DNA of 64,000 nt from an uncultured Thermoleophilia bacterium (lineage in GTDB: Bacteria > Actinomycetota > Thermoleophilia > UBA2241), in the NCBI GenBank assembly GCA_963699725.1, contig CAVOVA010000007.1, forward strand, positions 29,108 to 93,107, read 5' to 3'. Made by a program: the position numbers and the translations under genes. Under the pieces are notes generated by a model. It had not been told where the DNA came from and made no database searches. It saw only the letters and a list, made by a program, of their open reading frames with translations. Below are positions 42,025-51,417 of this stretch, in pieces; position 1 is the stretch's first letter, and the number at the start of each line of letters is the position of its first letter.

Positions 42025-43248
42025 CTACCCGCCGAACAGCCTCTTCACATCGTTGAACGTGAGGAAGATGAAGAGCATCACGAGCAGGACGGTGCCGAAG
42101 GCGACCATGCGCTCGAAGACCAGCGTGTCCAGTCGCCGGCCGCGGATCTTCTCGATCACGTTCATGGCGATATGCCCACCGTCGAAGGGCAGGATGGGCA
42201 GCAGGTTGATGAGGCCGAGGTTCAAGCTCAGGAAGGCCAGCAGGATCGGGTACCAGCTCTCCTGCACGGCCTGACGGCTGACGTCGACGATGCCGATCGG
42301 CCCTACTGCTCCGTCGGGGCCGGTCGCGCTGATCTTGCCGCTCAGCAGCCACCAGAAGCCGGTGAACATGCCGACGCCCAAGTCCTTGAAGCCGGTGAAG
42401 CCGAGCTTGACCGCCTCCACCGGACCCGGCCGATCCCGAGTGACCCCGGCGCGCACGCCCAGGTACCCGCTGCCGGGGGCCTGTGGGTTCTCGACGAGGG
42501 TGACCGAGACCGTGCGCTCAGGTCCACCGCCCGCGGGCCGGTAGCTGAGCGCGATCGTCTTGCCGGGGTTGGCGCGGAAGTAGGCGGACGCCTCGTCCCA
42601 CTCCGACCAGGTCTTGCCGTCGGCGCCCACGAGCGTGTCGCCGACGACGAGCCCGGCGGCGGCCGCCGGCGCGCCATCCACGATCTCATCCAGGGAGAAC
42701 GTCGCCCGGGGCACGCCCTGTATGGCGATGAAGAGGATGAGGATCACGACCGCCGCAGCGAAGTTCATGAGCGGACCGGCGGCGATGGTGAGATTGCGCT
42801 TCCAGATGGACTTCTTGTAGTACACGCGGTCGCCGGTGCCCTCGGGGACGTCCTCCTCCGGGAGCATCCCGCTGATCTTGCAGAACCCGCCGAGCGGGAT
42901 GATGCCGATGCCGTACTCGGTCTCGCCCCACGTACGACGCAGAGCCGCCGGCGGGAAGCCGACGTAGAACTTCTCGACGCGCATGCCGAACGACTTGGCG
43001 GCGATGAAGTGGCCGAATTCGTGCACGGTGATGAGCAGCGCGAGGCCGAGGATCGCGACCACCCAGATCCACTGTCCGAGCAGCAGCGACGCGAGCACGG
43101 CGCCGCCGAGAAGAAGCGACCATGGGCTGAGCGCCCGCGGCGGCCTGTCGGGCGCTTTGGCGCGCCCGGAAGAGCCGTCAGCGCGCGCGGATGCTGCGGG
43201 CTGCGTCTCGCTCCCGCTCTCGTTCTCTGGCTTCAAGACCTCAGTCAT
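42025..43248 (-). CDS. rseP: Site-2 (M50) intramembrane zinc metalloprotease with a PDZ domain
   Basis: It has the HEFGHFIAAK zinc motif, a central PDZ-like segment (AAAAGLVVGDTLVGADG) and a C-terminal NLLPILPFDGGH motif. Confidence 0.85.
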   Translation of the reverse strand: MTEVLKPENESGSETQPAASARADGSSGRAKAPDRPPRALSPWSLLLGGAVLASLLLGQWIWVVAILGLALLITVHEFGHFIAAKSFGMRVEKFYVGFPPAALRRTWGETEYGIGIIPLGGFCKISGMLPEEDVPEGTGDRVYYKKSIWKRNLTIAAGPLMNFAAAVVILILFIAIQGVPRATFSLDEIVDGAPAAAAGLVVGDTLVGADGKTWSEWDEASAYFRANPGKTIALSYRPAGGGPERTVSVTLVENPQAPGSGYLGVRAGVTRDRPGPVEAVKLGFTGFKDLGVGMFTGFWWLLSGKISATGPDGAVGPIGIVDVSRQAVQESWYPILLAFLSLNLGLINLLPILPFDGGHIAMNVIEKIRGRRLDTLVFERMVAFGTVLLVMLFIFLTFNDVKRLFGG

Positions 43249-43348
43249 GTGCGTACACGATACCCGTTCGAGGTTACGTGGAGGTTAACGCGCCAGTGAG
43301 CGCCACGGTTCGACGGTGACACCGGCCGGCCGCGCGGCTCCGAACAGG

Positions 43349-44620
43349 TCACGCAGGGCCGCCGGCGGCCTCGCGGGCGAAACGCCGCGCCTCGGCGTCA
43401 CACTCATACACGTCATCCAGCGACGCGACGGGCTCGTCGGCGAGCCACGTGAGGCACTTCTCGACGACCTCGGCGATGCCGAGGAACGCGAGCCGCCCTC
43501 CGAGGAAGGCCTCGACGGCGACCTCGTTGGCGGCGTTGAGGACGATGGGGGCGGCGACCGTACGCGGCGGAGCGCCGGCGGCCGCCGCCTCGCGCTCGAC
43601 GACCGTCGCCTTCTTCCCCGCTTCCTCGGCCAGCGCCAGGCAACGGAAGGTCTCCGCGTCCGGCCGCGCGAAGGCGATCTGCGTGGAGAACAGGTCGAGC
43701 CGCCGCACCTGCGGCAGCGCCGGGCGGTCCGGATAGGCGAGCGCGTAGCCGATGGGTGTGCGCATGTCGGGCACGCCGAGATGCGCGAGGATGGCGCCGT
43801 CGGAGAAGCGCGCCATGCTGTGCACCGTGCTGCGAGGGTCGAGCACGACGGTGATGCGCTCGTACGGCACGCCGAACAGGTAGTGGGCCTCGATCAGCTC
43901 GAGGCCCTTGTTCATCAGCGTGGCCGAGTCGATGGTGATCTTGGGCCCCATCGACCAGTTGGGATGCGCGAGCGCCTCCTCGGGCGTGACGGTCGCCAAC
44001 TGTGCGGCCGTGCGGCCGCGGAAAGGCCCGCCCGACCCGGTCAGCAGGAGTTCCTCGAGCGCCCGCGGCGGGCCGGCGCATGCTCCGTCGACGCCGGCCT
44101 CTCCCCCTCCTGCGGCGATGCACTGGAACAACGCGCTGTGCTCGCTGTCGACCGGGAGGATCGTCGACCCGGCGCGACGGGCGGCGTCCAGCACGAAGGG
44201 CCCGCCGGCGACCATGCTCTCCTTGTTGGCGAGCGCCAGCGTGGCGCCGGCCTCGAGCGCGGCCATGGTGGCGCGCAATCCAGCGGCGCCGACCACCCCG
44301 TTGAGCACGGTCAGGGACGCACCCTCGACGTCGGCACGCTCCGCGGCGCCTGCGACCAACTCACGGATCCCGGCTTCGCCGGCGTGCACCGTGAGCCGCG
44401 GCGCCAGCGCCGCGGCCTCCGTCGCCGCGGCCGCGTCATGCAGGCACACCGCGCGCACCTCGTGCGCCAGCGCCTGCTCGACGACGCCGGCGGCGTCCCT
44501 CCCGGCCGCCAGCCCCACGAGGCGCAGCCCCGGCACGGCCGGCAGCACCTCGAGCGCCTGGCGGCCGATCGAGCCGGTCGACCCAAGGACAAGCAGGTGT
44601 CTGGAGGCCGCTTCAGTCAC
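43349..44620 (-). CDS. dxr: 1-deoxy-D-xylulose 5-phosphate reductoisomerase
   Basis: LVLGSTGSIGRQALEV, LANKES, DSEHSA, NWSMGPKITIDSATLMNKGLE and NAANE motifs are present. The start is GTG 44620. Confidence 0.9.
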   Translation of the reverse strand: MTEAASRHLLVLGSTGSIGRQALEVLPAVPGLRLVGLAAGRDAAGVVEQALAHEVRAVCLHDAAAATEAAALAPRLTVHAGEAGIRELVAGAAERADVEGASLTVLNGVVGAAGLRATMAALEAGATLALANKESMVAGGPFVLDAARRAGSTILPVDSEHSALFQCIAAGGGEAGVDGACAGPPRALEELLLTGSGGPFRGRTAAQLATVTPEEALAHPNWSMGPKITIDSATLMNKGLELIEAHYLFGVPYERITVVLDPRSTVHSMARFSDGAILAHLGVPDMRTPIGYALAYPDRPALPQVRRLDLFSTQIAFARPDAETFRCLALAEEAGKKATVVEREAAAAGAPPRTVAAPIVLNAANEVAVEAFLGGRLAFLGIAEVVEKCLTWLADEPVASLDDVYECDAEARRFAREAAGGPA

Positions 44621-46497
44621 GGGCGCAAGGGTACCACGCCGCCCGCTAGAGGCGCGGCAGGCGGGCGAGGACGTCGGGCGTGGTCTCCAGCGGCGGCTTG
44701 CGCTGCAGGGCGTACCAGGGGGCGACGGAAACAGGCGGATACGACAACCCGCCGCACGCCGCCTGCAGATCGGCGGCGTCCTTCCCCTCGGTCTCCAGCA
44801 GATGCGCGACGAGGGTGGGCACCTCGCGATGGCGCCTGTAGTAGCTCACGGTCGCCTTTGGCAGCGGCGCCGCCGGGCCTCGGCACAGTCAGCTGGTACG
44901 TGTTGGCGGCGATCTCACCGGGCCAGTCGAGGTAGTAGGCCGCTCCCCAGGGATACACGAGCAGCCGGTCGCCCGGACGGCTCTCTCCGGCAACGTCTGC
45001 GGCGAAGCGTTCGAGCCGCTCGCGCTGCGCAGGGGTCACGGCGATGCCCTTCCAGGGCCCGGAATCCATGCGTGCCGAGAGGTCGTCCCAGCCGGCGGCG
45101 CCCTGCTGGAACTGGACCTGGAACGCCAGCGTCACGGCCACGACGGCGGCGAGACCGGCGAGCGCCGGCCACGACAAGCCCTGGTCGCGCCCGTGCCTCA
45201 GCGGCGCCATCCCCCATGCCAGGAACAGCCCGCTGGTCACCACGCCCGGGAACAGGCCGACGGCGGAGTGGATGAGGCCGTCGCCGCTCGTGTACGCGGT
45301 CATCGCCCCGACGAGCAGAGCCGGCGCCCACACCCACAGGAGGAGGCGGGCCCCGTCCACCCTCCGCTCGGCGGGCACGAAGAGGTACAGGTACGGGGCG
45401 GCCAGCGCGTAGACGATCACCGCCCCGGCGGCATGCAGCGACGAGGTGGCCGCCGTGAGCAGGAGCGCCGCGGGCGTGAGCAGGAGCAGCCAGCGCCCGG
45501 CGCGCGGCCTCCGCCGGTAGATCAGGTATGAGATCAGCGCCGCGCCGACGATGTACCACTGGGCGGCCACGAGCGCGATGAAACCCCCGGCGACCTCCGC
45601 CGCCTTGAACGTGCCGCCGAGCTGGTCGAGCTGCCGGGCAAGGTCGATCGTGTAGTCCCAGCAGCGCACGAGGTTCGCCCGGCCCGCCAGCGCGAAGACG
45701 GACACGCACGCGGGGACGACGACGAGCGCGCCTCCCAGGGACCAGGCGCTCAGGACCCGCCAGGCGCGCGCCCCGGACGGCTCGCGCTCGCGCGGCGGCA
45801 GGCGCAGGAACGAACCCTCCGCGATCATCGTCACCGCACCATCGCCGACCGAGAAGGCAAGGAAGACGGCGACGAACGGCGCCAGAAGCAGGACCGTGGG
45901 ATAGGCGACGCAGGCGAGCCCGAAGGCGACGCCGCCCGCCAGCGCGTAGCCGCGCCCGCCGCCGAGGACGGCGACGGAGCCGAGCGCGGCCCCCGCGGTC
46001 AGCAGCAGCGCGCACAGCGTGTTCGCGGTGAGCTGCGGCGTCTCGAACAGGATGACGGTGACGAAGGGCGCGCCGACCAGGGCGGCGAGCGCCCACGGCA
46101 GTGAACGCCGCGCCACCAGGAACACGACGGCTGCCACGAGCACGCTGAGGGCGAGATAGAGATGACGCCCGTACAGCGCCAGACCGGTCACGTCGTTGCC
46201 GCCGAGGACGGCGTAGAGCTTGAAGAACGGGTACGAGAGCAGTCCGGCCGTCTGGACCAGGTTCTGCTCGTCCACGAACGGCCGGTCGCCCAACGCCCAG
46301 CGCCACGGGATCACGATGGCGAAGGCCTCGTGGGTCAGGTTGGCCCCGCGGAAGAGCCTCCACCAGGTGAGGCCGAGCGCCGTGGTGAGCACGGAGGCGG
46401 CGATCGCCGCGCCCGCGAGCGCGGCGCCGTTCGTCCGACCGCTTCGTGCGCCCGGCTCCGGGAGCGCATCGGAAGCATCAGGCGCAGGCCCGGTCAT
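44617..46497 (-). CDS. Polytopic membrane protein, GT-C-like (ArnT/PMT-type) glycosyltransferase candidate; the 3' end appears frameshifted
   Basis: It has at least 11 hydrophobic helices followed by a soluble C-terminal domain. Downstream of about 44850 the track frame becomes Arg-rich with low GC3, while the overlapping frame (44646-44849) keeps coding character. See the finding on this gene. Confidence 0.55.
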   Translation of the reverse strand: MTGPAPDASDALPEPGARSGRTNGAALAGAAIAASVLTTALGLTWWRLFRGANLTHEAFAIVIPWRWALGDRPFVDEQNLVQTAGLLSYPFFKLYAVLGGNDVTGLALYGRHLYLALSVLVAAVVFLVARRSLPWALAALVGAPFVTVILFETPQLTANTLCALLLTAGAALGSVAVLGGGRGYALAGGVAFGLACVAYPTVLLLAPFVAVFLAFSVGDGAVTMIAEGSFLRLPPREREPSGARAWRVLSAWSLGGALVVVPACVSVFALAGRANLVRCWDYTIDLARQLDQLGGTFKAAEVAGGFIALVAAQWYIVGAALISYLIYRRRPRAGRWLLLLTPAALLLTAATSSLHAAGAVIVYALAAPYLYLFVPAERRVDGARLLLWVWAPALLVGAMTAYTSGDGLIHSAVGLFPGVVTSGLFLAWGMAPLRHGRDQGLSWPALAGLAAVVAVTLAFQVQFQQGAAGWDDLSARMDSGPWKGIAVTPAQRERLERFAADVAGESRPGDRLLVYPWGAAYYLDWPGEIAANTYQLTVPRPGGAAAKGDRELLQAPSRGAHPRRASAGDRGEGRRRSAGGVRRVVVSACFRRPLVRPAAQAAAGDHARRPRPPAAPLAGGVVPLRP

Positions 46498-46530
46498 GAT
46501 CCGATCGTCAACACGACCGGAGTGGCTGTC

Positions 46531-47223
46531 TCACTCCCAGGCATCAGTACGGATGGCGGCATCGGGGACGCCGCGATCAAGCAACTGCCCGCTGAGCGCC
46601 GCGAGCATCCCAGGCGGCCCGCTCACATAGAACGCGGGATCGTCCAGCGCCTCGATCGCCGACCACGCCGCGTCCACGCTCAGGACTCCGTCGGACGTCT
46701 CCGCGACGAGGCGGCACGTGAGCGACGGCACCTCCTGCGCGCGGGCCTCGGCCACCGGGCCGTACACGAAGAGATCGGGGGTCCGGGCGCCGTAGAAGAG
46801 CAGGACCCGCGGCGCCCGCCCTGGTTCCAGCGACTGCAGGAACGCGGTGAAGGCGGTCACGCCCGTCCCGCCCGCAAAGAGCACGGCGTCGCGCGACGGG
46901 TCGATGACGAACTCCCCGTAGGGCAGCTTCACCCAGACCTCACGCCCCTCCGCGAGCTCGTCCTCCATGCGCGCGGTGAACGGTCCCTTCACCGCGTACG
47001 TGATCGAGAGCCGATCCCGTTCGCGCGGTGAGCTCGCTATCGAGAACACGCGCGATTCCGGCCAGAATCCGCCCGGCTCGTAGACGTCGAGCGCGAGGTG
47101 GAGGAACTGCCCCGGCCTGAAGCGCGGCACCGGAGCGACGGGCTCCAACTCGACGGTGTACACGCGCTCGCCGTGGTCGGTGACGCTCGCGACGGCACAG
47201 GCGATCTTGCGGACGACGGCCAT
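46531..47223 (-). CDS. FNR-like FAD/NAD(P)H oxidoreductase (E3/AscD-like reductase module without a ferredoxin domain)
   Basis: It has RVFSIAS (RxYS-type FAD motif), FAGGTGVTAF (NAD(P)H site) and a C-terminal YVSGPPGM motif. At 230 aa it has no N-terminal Cys cluster. Confidence 0.75.
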   Translation of the reverse strand: MAVVRKIACAVASVTDHGERVYTVELEPVAPVPRFRPGQFLHLALDVYEPGGFWPESRVFSIASSPRERDRLSITYAVKGPFTARMEDELAEGREVWVKLPYGEFVIDPSRDAVLFAGGTGVTAFTAFLQSLEPGRAPRVLLFYGARTPDLFVYGPVAEARAQEVPSLTCRLVAETSDGVLSVDAAWSAIEALDDPAFYVSGPPGMLAALSGQLLDRGVPDAAIRTDAWE

Positions 47224-47232
47224 TCGCGCGTC

Positions 47233-48588
47233 TCAGCGATCCGCGGGACCCGACGCCCCGCCGTCCCCGCCCTCCACCGCCGCACGCTCGCCGTCCATGA
47301 AGCGACGGAACACCTCGATCATGTACTCCATGCGCGGCTCGTCGATGCCCGGGTAGACGCCGACGAAGAACGTCCGCGCCATGACGGCGTCGGTCGTCGC
47401 CAGGTCGCCCACCACGCGGCACTCGATGTCTTCGAAGGCCGGATGCCTCAAGAGGTTGCCGCTGAAGAGGTTGCGCGTCTCCACGCGGTTGGCCTCGAGG
47501 AACCTGGTGAGCTCGTTGCGCGTGAACCCGGCGTCCTCGCGCACGGTGATCACGAAGCAGAACCAGGACGGGTCGGTGTGCTCCGGCGCGCGCGGAAGCA
47601 GAAGGCGATCCGAGTACGCGCCCAGCGCCTCCAGAAGTCGCGCGTGGTTCTGTTTGCGCGCCGCGATGAACCCATCCAGGCGTGCAAGCTGTGCGCAGCC
47701 GATGGCCGCCTGCATGTCGGTCGCCTTGAGGTTGTAGCCCAGGTGGCTGTACACGTACTTGTGGTCGTATCCGTGCGGCAGACTGCCGAACTGCTGGCTG
47801 AAGCGTTTGCCGCAGGTGTCGTTCTCCCCGCCGGCGCAGTAGCAGTCACGACCCCAGTCACGGACCGACCGGGCGATGCGGGCCAGTTCCTCGTCGTCGG
47901 TGAGCACCATCCCGCCTTCGCCCGTGGTGATGTGATGCGCCGGGTAGAAGGACAGGGCGGCGAGATGCCCGAACGTGCCGGTGAGGCGTCCCCGGTGAAG
48001 GGAGCCCAGTGCATCGCAGTCGTCCTCCACGAACCAGAGGTCGTGCTCTTCGACAAGCTCCATGACGGTGTCGAGGTCGAACGGCACGCCCAGGGTATGA
48101 GCCATCATGATGGCGCGCGTGCGGTCCGAGACGGCCGCACGCAGCTGGTCCGGATCCGCGTTGTAGTCGCCCAGACGCACGTCCACGAAGACGGGCACCA
48201 GCCCGTTCTGCACGATGGGCGCCACGGTGCTGGGAAAGCCGGCCGCCACGGTGATGACTTCGTCGCCGGGCTTGAGCCTCCGCTCGCCGAGCTTGGGCGA
48301 CGTCAGCGCCGTGAGGGCCACCAGATTGGCCGACGAGCCCGAATTGACGAACAAGGCGTCGGAAACGTCGAGGTAGTCGGCCATGCCGGCCTCGAACTCC
48401 TCCGTGAACCGGCTGGCCGTGAGGTAGAAGTCCAGGCTCGCATCGACGAGGCGCCGCAGCTCCTCCTCGCCGAACACGCGGCCCGCGTAGCGCACCGGGT
48501 CCTTCGTGGGATCGAACGGCCTGCCGGCATGACGTTCCTCGTAGAACGCCCCGGCAAGGTCCAGAATCTGCTGTCTGCTGTCTGTCAT
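47233..48588 (-). CDS. rfbH: CDP-6-deoxy-L-threo-D-glycero-4-hexulose-3-dehydrase (E1, PMP- and [2Fe-2S]-dependent)
   Basis: It has FVNSGSSANLVA, TVAAGFPSTV, YSHLGYNLKATDMQAAIG (His in place of the aminotransferase Lys) and the Cys motif CYCAGGENDTC (C-x-C-x7-C). ATG 48588 was verified. Confidence 0.85.
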   Translation of the reverse strand: MTDSRQQILDLAGAFYEERHAGRPFDPTKDPVRYAGRVFGEEELRRLVDASLDFYLTASRFTEEFEAGMADYLDVSDALFVNSGSSANLVALTALTSPKLGERRLKPGDEVITVAAGFPSTVAPIVQNGLVPVFVDVRLGDYNADPDQLRAAVSDRTRAIMMAHTLGVPFDLDTVMELVEEHDLWFVEDDCDALGSLHRGRLTGTFGHLAALSFYPAHHITTGEGGMVLTDDEELARIARSVRDWGRDCYCAGGENDTCGKRFSQQFGSLPHGYDHKYVYSHLGYNLKATDMQAAIGCAQLARLDGFIAARKQNHARLLEALGAYSDRLLLPRAPEHTDPSWFCFVITVREDAGFTRNELTRFLEANRVETRNLFSGNLLRHPAFEDIECRVVGDLATTDAVMARTFFVGVYPGIDEPRMEYMIEVFRRFMDGERAAVEGGDGGASGPADR

Positions 48589-48592
48589 GCTC

Positions 48593-49717
48593 TCACCTCG
48601 AGCGTCCATGGGCGTCCGTCGCAGCGCCCGCCCACGCCAGACCCGCCGCACGGGCGGCGGACTCATAGGCGCGCAACTGGTCCTCGACCAGCTCGCGCGC
48701 GGCGCCTGCCCGCTGGTAGTAGTCGCGATACCACGCCGCAGTGTGTTGCACGGCCTCCGCGGCATCCCAGACGGGCGCCCAGGACAGCAGCTCTCGTGCC
48801 TTGCTGCTGTCGAGGCTCAACCGACCCGCCTCCGGCGGCTGCCCGGCGCTGTCCTCGAGGGTCGCCCACGATCCTGCTCCCCATTCGTCCAGGAACGCCT
48901 CGACGACCCAGCGGACGGATCGCGACGCGTCGTCATCGGCGGGACCGAAGTTCCACGGCCCGGTGAAGACGGCACCATCGCGCACGAGGCCGGCCGCGAG
49001 CCAGAGGTACCCGGCCAGTGGCTCGAGCACGTGCTGCCACGGCCGTACCGCATCCGGGTTACGGACGATGACGGGCTCGCCGGCCGCCAGGGCGCGCGCG
49101 CAGTCGGGGATGATGCGGTCGGGCGCCCAGTCACCGCCGCCGATGACGTTGCCCGCGCGCACGGACGCGACCGCTGCCGACCCGTCCGCGTCAAAGAAGC
49201 TCGCCCGGTACGAGGCCGTGACCAGCTCCGCGCAGCCCTTGCTGGCGCTGTACGGGTCGCGCCCCCCCAGCGGGTCCTCTTCGCGGAAGGCCCGCCCGGT
49301 CTCCGCGTTGTCGTAGCACTTGTCACTGGTGACGACGACGATGGCCGCGACTGCGTCGCAAGCGCGTGCCGCCTCGAGCACGTCGACCGTGCCCATGATG
49401 TTGGTCGCGAAGGTCTCGTGCGGTTCGACGTAGCCTCGCCGCACCAGAGGCTGAGCGGCCAGATGGAGGACGATCGACGGCCTCGCGGCCGCCATCTCCT
49501 TCGCCATGCGGTCCCGGTCGCGTACATCGGCGACGACGTGCCGCAGCCGCGCGCCCAGACCCAGCTCATCGAACAGGCTGGGTTCGGTCGGAGGCTCGAG
49601 CGCGTAGCCCGTGACCTCTGCTCCGAGTCCGAGAAGCCACGACGTCAGCCACGCACCCTTGAACCCCGTATGGCCGGTGACGAAGACGCTTCGGCCGCTG
49701 AACGCGCCGCCGAACAT
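48593..49717 (-). CDS. rfbG: CDP-glucose 4,6-dehydratase
   Basis: VFVTGHTGFKGAWLTSWLLGLGAEVTGYALEPPTEPSLF is the characteristic RfbG N-terminus, with Y..SK catalytic residues. ATG 49717 is in a TGATG overlap with rfbF. Confidence 0.85.
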   Translation of the reverse strand: MFGGAFSGRSVFVTGHTGFKGAWLTSWLLGLGAEVTGYALEPPTEPSLFDELGLGARLRHVVADVRDRDRMAKEMAAARPSIVLHLAAQPLVRRGYVEPHETFATNIMGTVDVLEAARACDAVAAIVVVTSDKCYDNAETGRAFREEDPLGGRDPYSASKGCAELVTASYRASFFDADGSAAVASVRAGNVIGGGDWAPDRIIPDCARALAAGEPVIVRNPDAVRPWQHVLEPLAGYLWLAAGLVRDGAVFTGPWNFGPADDDASRSVRWVVEAFLDEWGAGSWATLEDSAGQPPEAGRLSLDSSKARELLSWAPVWDAAEAVQHTAAWYRDYYQRAGAARELVEDQLRAYESAARAAGLAWAGAATDAHGRSR

Positions 49718-50490
49718 CACCAGGTCTTCCACGGCGCGGCGCCCGAGTCCCACAGCTCCTCGAGCGCGCGCTTGTCGCGCAGCGTGTCCATCGGCTGCCA
49801 GAAGCCGTAGTGACGGTACGCGGCGAGCTGCCCGCTCCGGGCCAGCCCCTCCAGCGGCTCCTTCTCCCAGAGCGTCTCATCGCCGGCGACGTAGTCGAGG
49901 GCCGCCGGCTCCAGCACGAAGAACCCGCCGTTCATCCAGCCGCCGTCACCCCTGGGCTTCTCGACGAAGTCGTGTACGGCAGTGCCGGCGTCGTCCAGTT
50001 CCAGGGCTCCGAAGCGACCCGGCGGCTGCACCGCCGTGACGGTGGCCAGCCTGCCCTGGGACTCGTGCACCGCCAGGAGCGCGGAGAGATCGATATCGGC
50101 GACGCCGTCGCCGTAGGTCATCATGAAGCGCTCACCGCCGAGGTAGTCGGCGACACGTTTGAGGCGCCCGCCCGTCTGCGTCTCCGCACCCGTATCCACC
50201 AGCGTCACGCGCCAGGGCTCGGCGGCGTTCTCGTGCACGACCATCTCCCGGCCGCGGAGGTCGAACGTCACGTCCGCGTTGTGGAGGAAGTAGTTCGCGA
50301 AGTACTCCTTGATAAGGTAGCCCTTGTACCCGAGGCACACGACGAACTCGTCGAACCCCTGCTCTCCGTAGATCTTCATGATGTGCCAGAGGATGGGGTG
50401 CTCGCCGATCTCCGCCATGGGCTTCGGCTTGACCTGCGTCTCTTCCGCGAGGCGGGTACCCAGACCCCCCGCGAGGATGGCTACCTTCAT
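49717..50490 (-). CDS. rfbF: Glucose-1-phosphate cytidylyltransferase
   Basis: MKVAILAGGLGTRLAEETQVKPKPMAEIGEHPILWHIMKIYGEQGFDEFVVCLGYKGYLIKEYF is a near-textbook RfbF N-terminus. ATG 50490 follows GGAGGACGGGAGAG. Confidence 0.9.
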   Translation of the reverse strand: MKVAILAGGLGTRLAEETQVKPKPMAEIGEHPILWHIMKIYGEQGFDEFVVCLGYKGYLIKEYFANYFLHNADVTFDLRGREMVVHENAAEPWRVTLVDTGAETQTGGRLKRVADYLGGERFMMTYGDGVADIDLSALLAVHESQGRLATVTAVQPPGRFGALELDDAGTAVHDFVEKPRGDGGWMNGGFFVLEPAALDYVAGDETLWEKEPLEGLARSGQLAAYRHYGFWQPMDTLRDKRALEELWDSGAAPWKTW

Positions 50491-50634
50491 GCTCTCTCCC
50501 GTCCTCCCCGGTCCATTCGCGAACCGCGCGACCACTCACCCGGACACGACTCCCGTGGATTCTACGCCAACCGCCCGCCGTGCTGACAACGGAGCGATCT
50601 CCCGGGCCGCGGGCGGAGGTCTCGCTCTCCCGCG

Positions 50635-51417
50635 TCAGAACCCCAGGGCGAGGGTGAGCACGAAGTACGAGGCCACGGACGCGAAGATGAGCGCGTCGAA
50701 GCGGTCGAGCACCCCTCCGTGTCCGGGGATGCCCCGGCCGGAGTCCTTGATCTGCACGTCGCGCTTGACGAGGCTCTCGAAGAGGTCGCCGAGCGGGCCG
50801 GCGACGGCGATCACGGCGCCGAGGATCAGCGAGTCGGCCGGGCCGAGCTCCGTGTACAGGCCGATGAAGACGACGAGCAGCACCGTGCTGATGGCGCCGC
50901 CGGCGAACCCCTCCCAGGTCTTCTTGGGGGAGAGCACCGGCGCCATCGGCGTGCTGCCGAAGAACTTGCCGGTGAAGTACGCCATGGTGTCGCCTGCCCA
51001 GGTGCCGAAGATCACGGTGAGCAGGATGAGACCGTCGTCGTCCAGCGGCCGCAGCATGAGCGCGGCGCTGAATCCCAGGCCAAGGTAGAGCATGCCGAGG
51101 AGCGTCACCGCCATACGCACGGTCACGCCCGGCTTGGGGCCCGCCAGCAGGCCGAGAAGCGCGGTGAAGAGCACGCCGGCGCAGATCGCGCCGAAGACGG
51201 CGACCGGGCTGTAGTACCAGGCCATGGCGACCATCAGCGCCACGCCGAGCAAGCCGGCCAGGGGCAGCGGGCGGTACTTCTTGGTCAGCCGGTAGAACTC
51301 GTTGAGCCCGAGCAGGGCGAGGGCGGCCATGAGCGCGAAGAAGATGAGGCCGCCGTGGACCACGACGACGACGGCGACGACGCCGATGACGACGCCGGTG
51401 ATGATGCGCGTCGTCAT
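50635..51417 (-). CDS. cdsA: Phosphatidate cytidylyltransferase (CDP-diglyceride synthase)
   Basis: It is a multi-helix membrane protein with the SPKKTWEGFAGG and RD..IKDSG..IPGHGGVLDRFD signature. It has an ATGA overlap with uppS. Confidence 0.85.
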   Translation of the reverse strand: MTTRIITGVVIGVVAVVVVVHGGLIFFALMAALALLGLNEFYRLTKKYRPLPLAGLLGVALMVAMAWYYSPVAVFGAICAGVLFTALLGLLAGPKPGVTVRMAVTLLGMLYLGLGFSAALMLRPLDDDGLILLTVIFGTWAGDTMAYFTGKFFGSTPMAPVLSPKKTWEGFAGGAISTVLLVVFIGLYTELGPADSLILGAVIAVAGPLGDLFESLVKRDVQIKDSGRGIPGHGGVLDRFDALIFASVASYFVLTLALGF

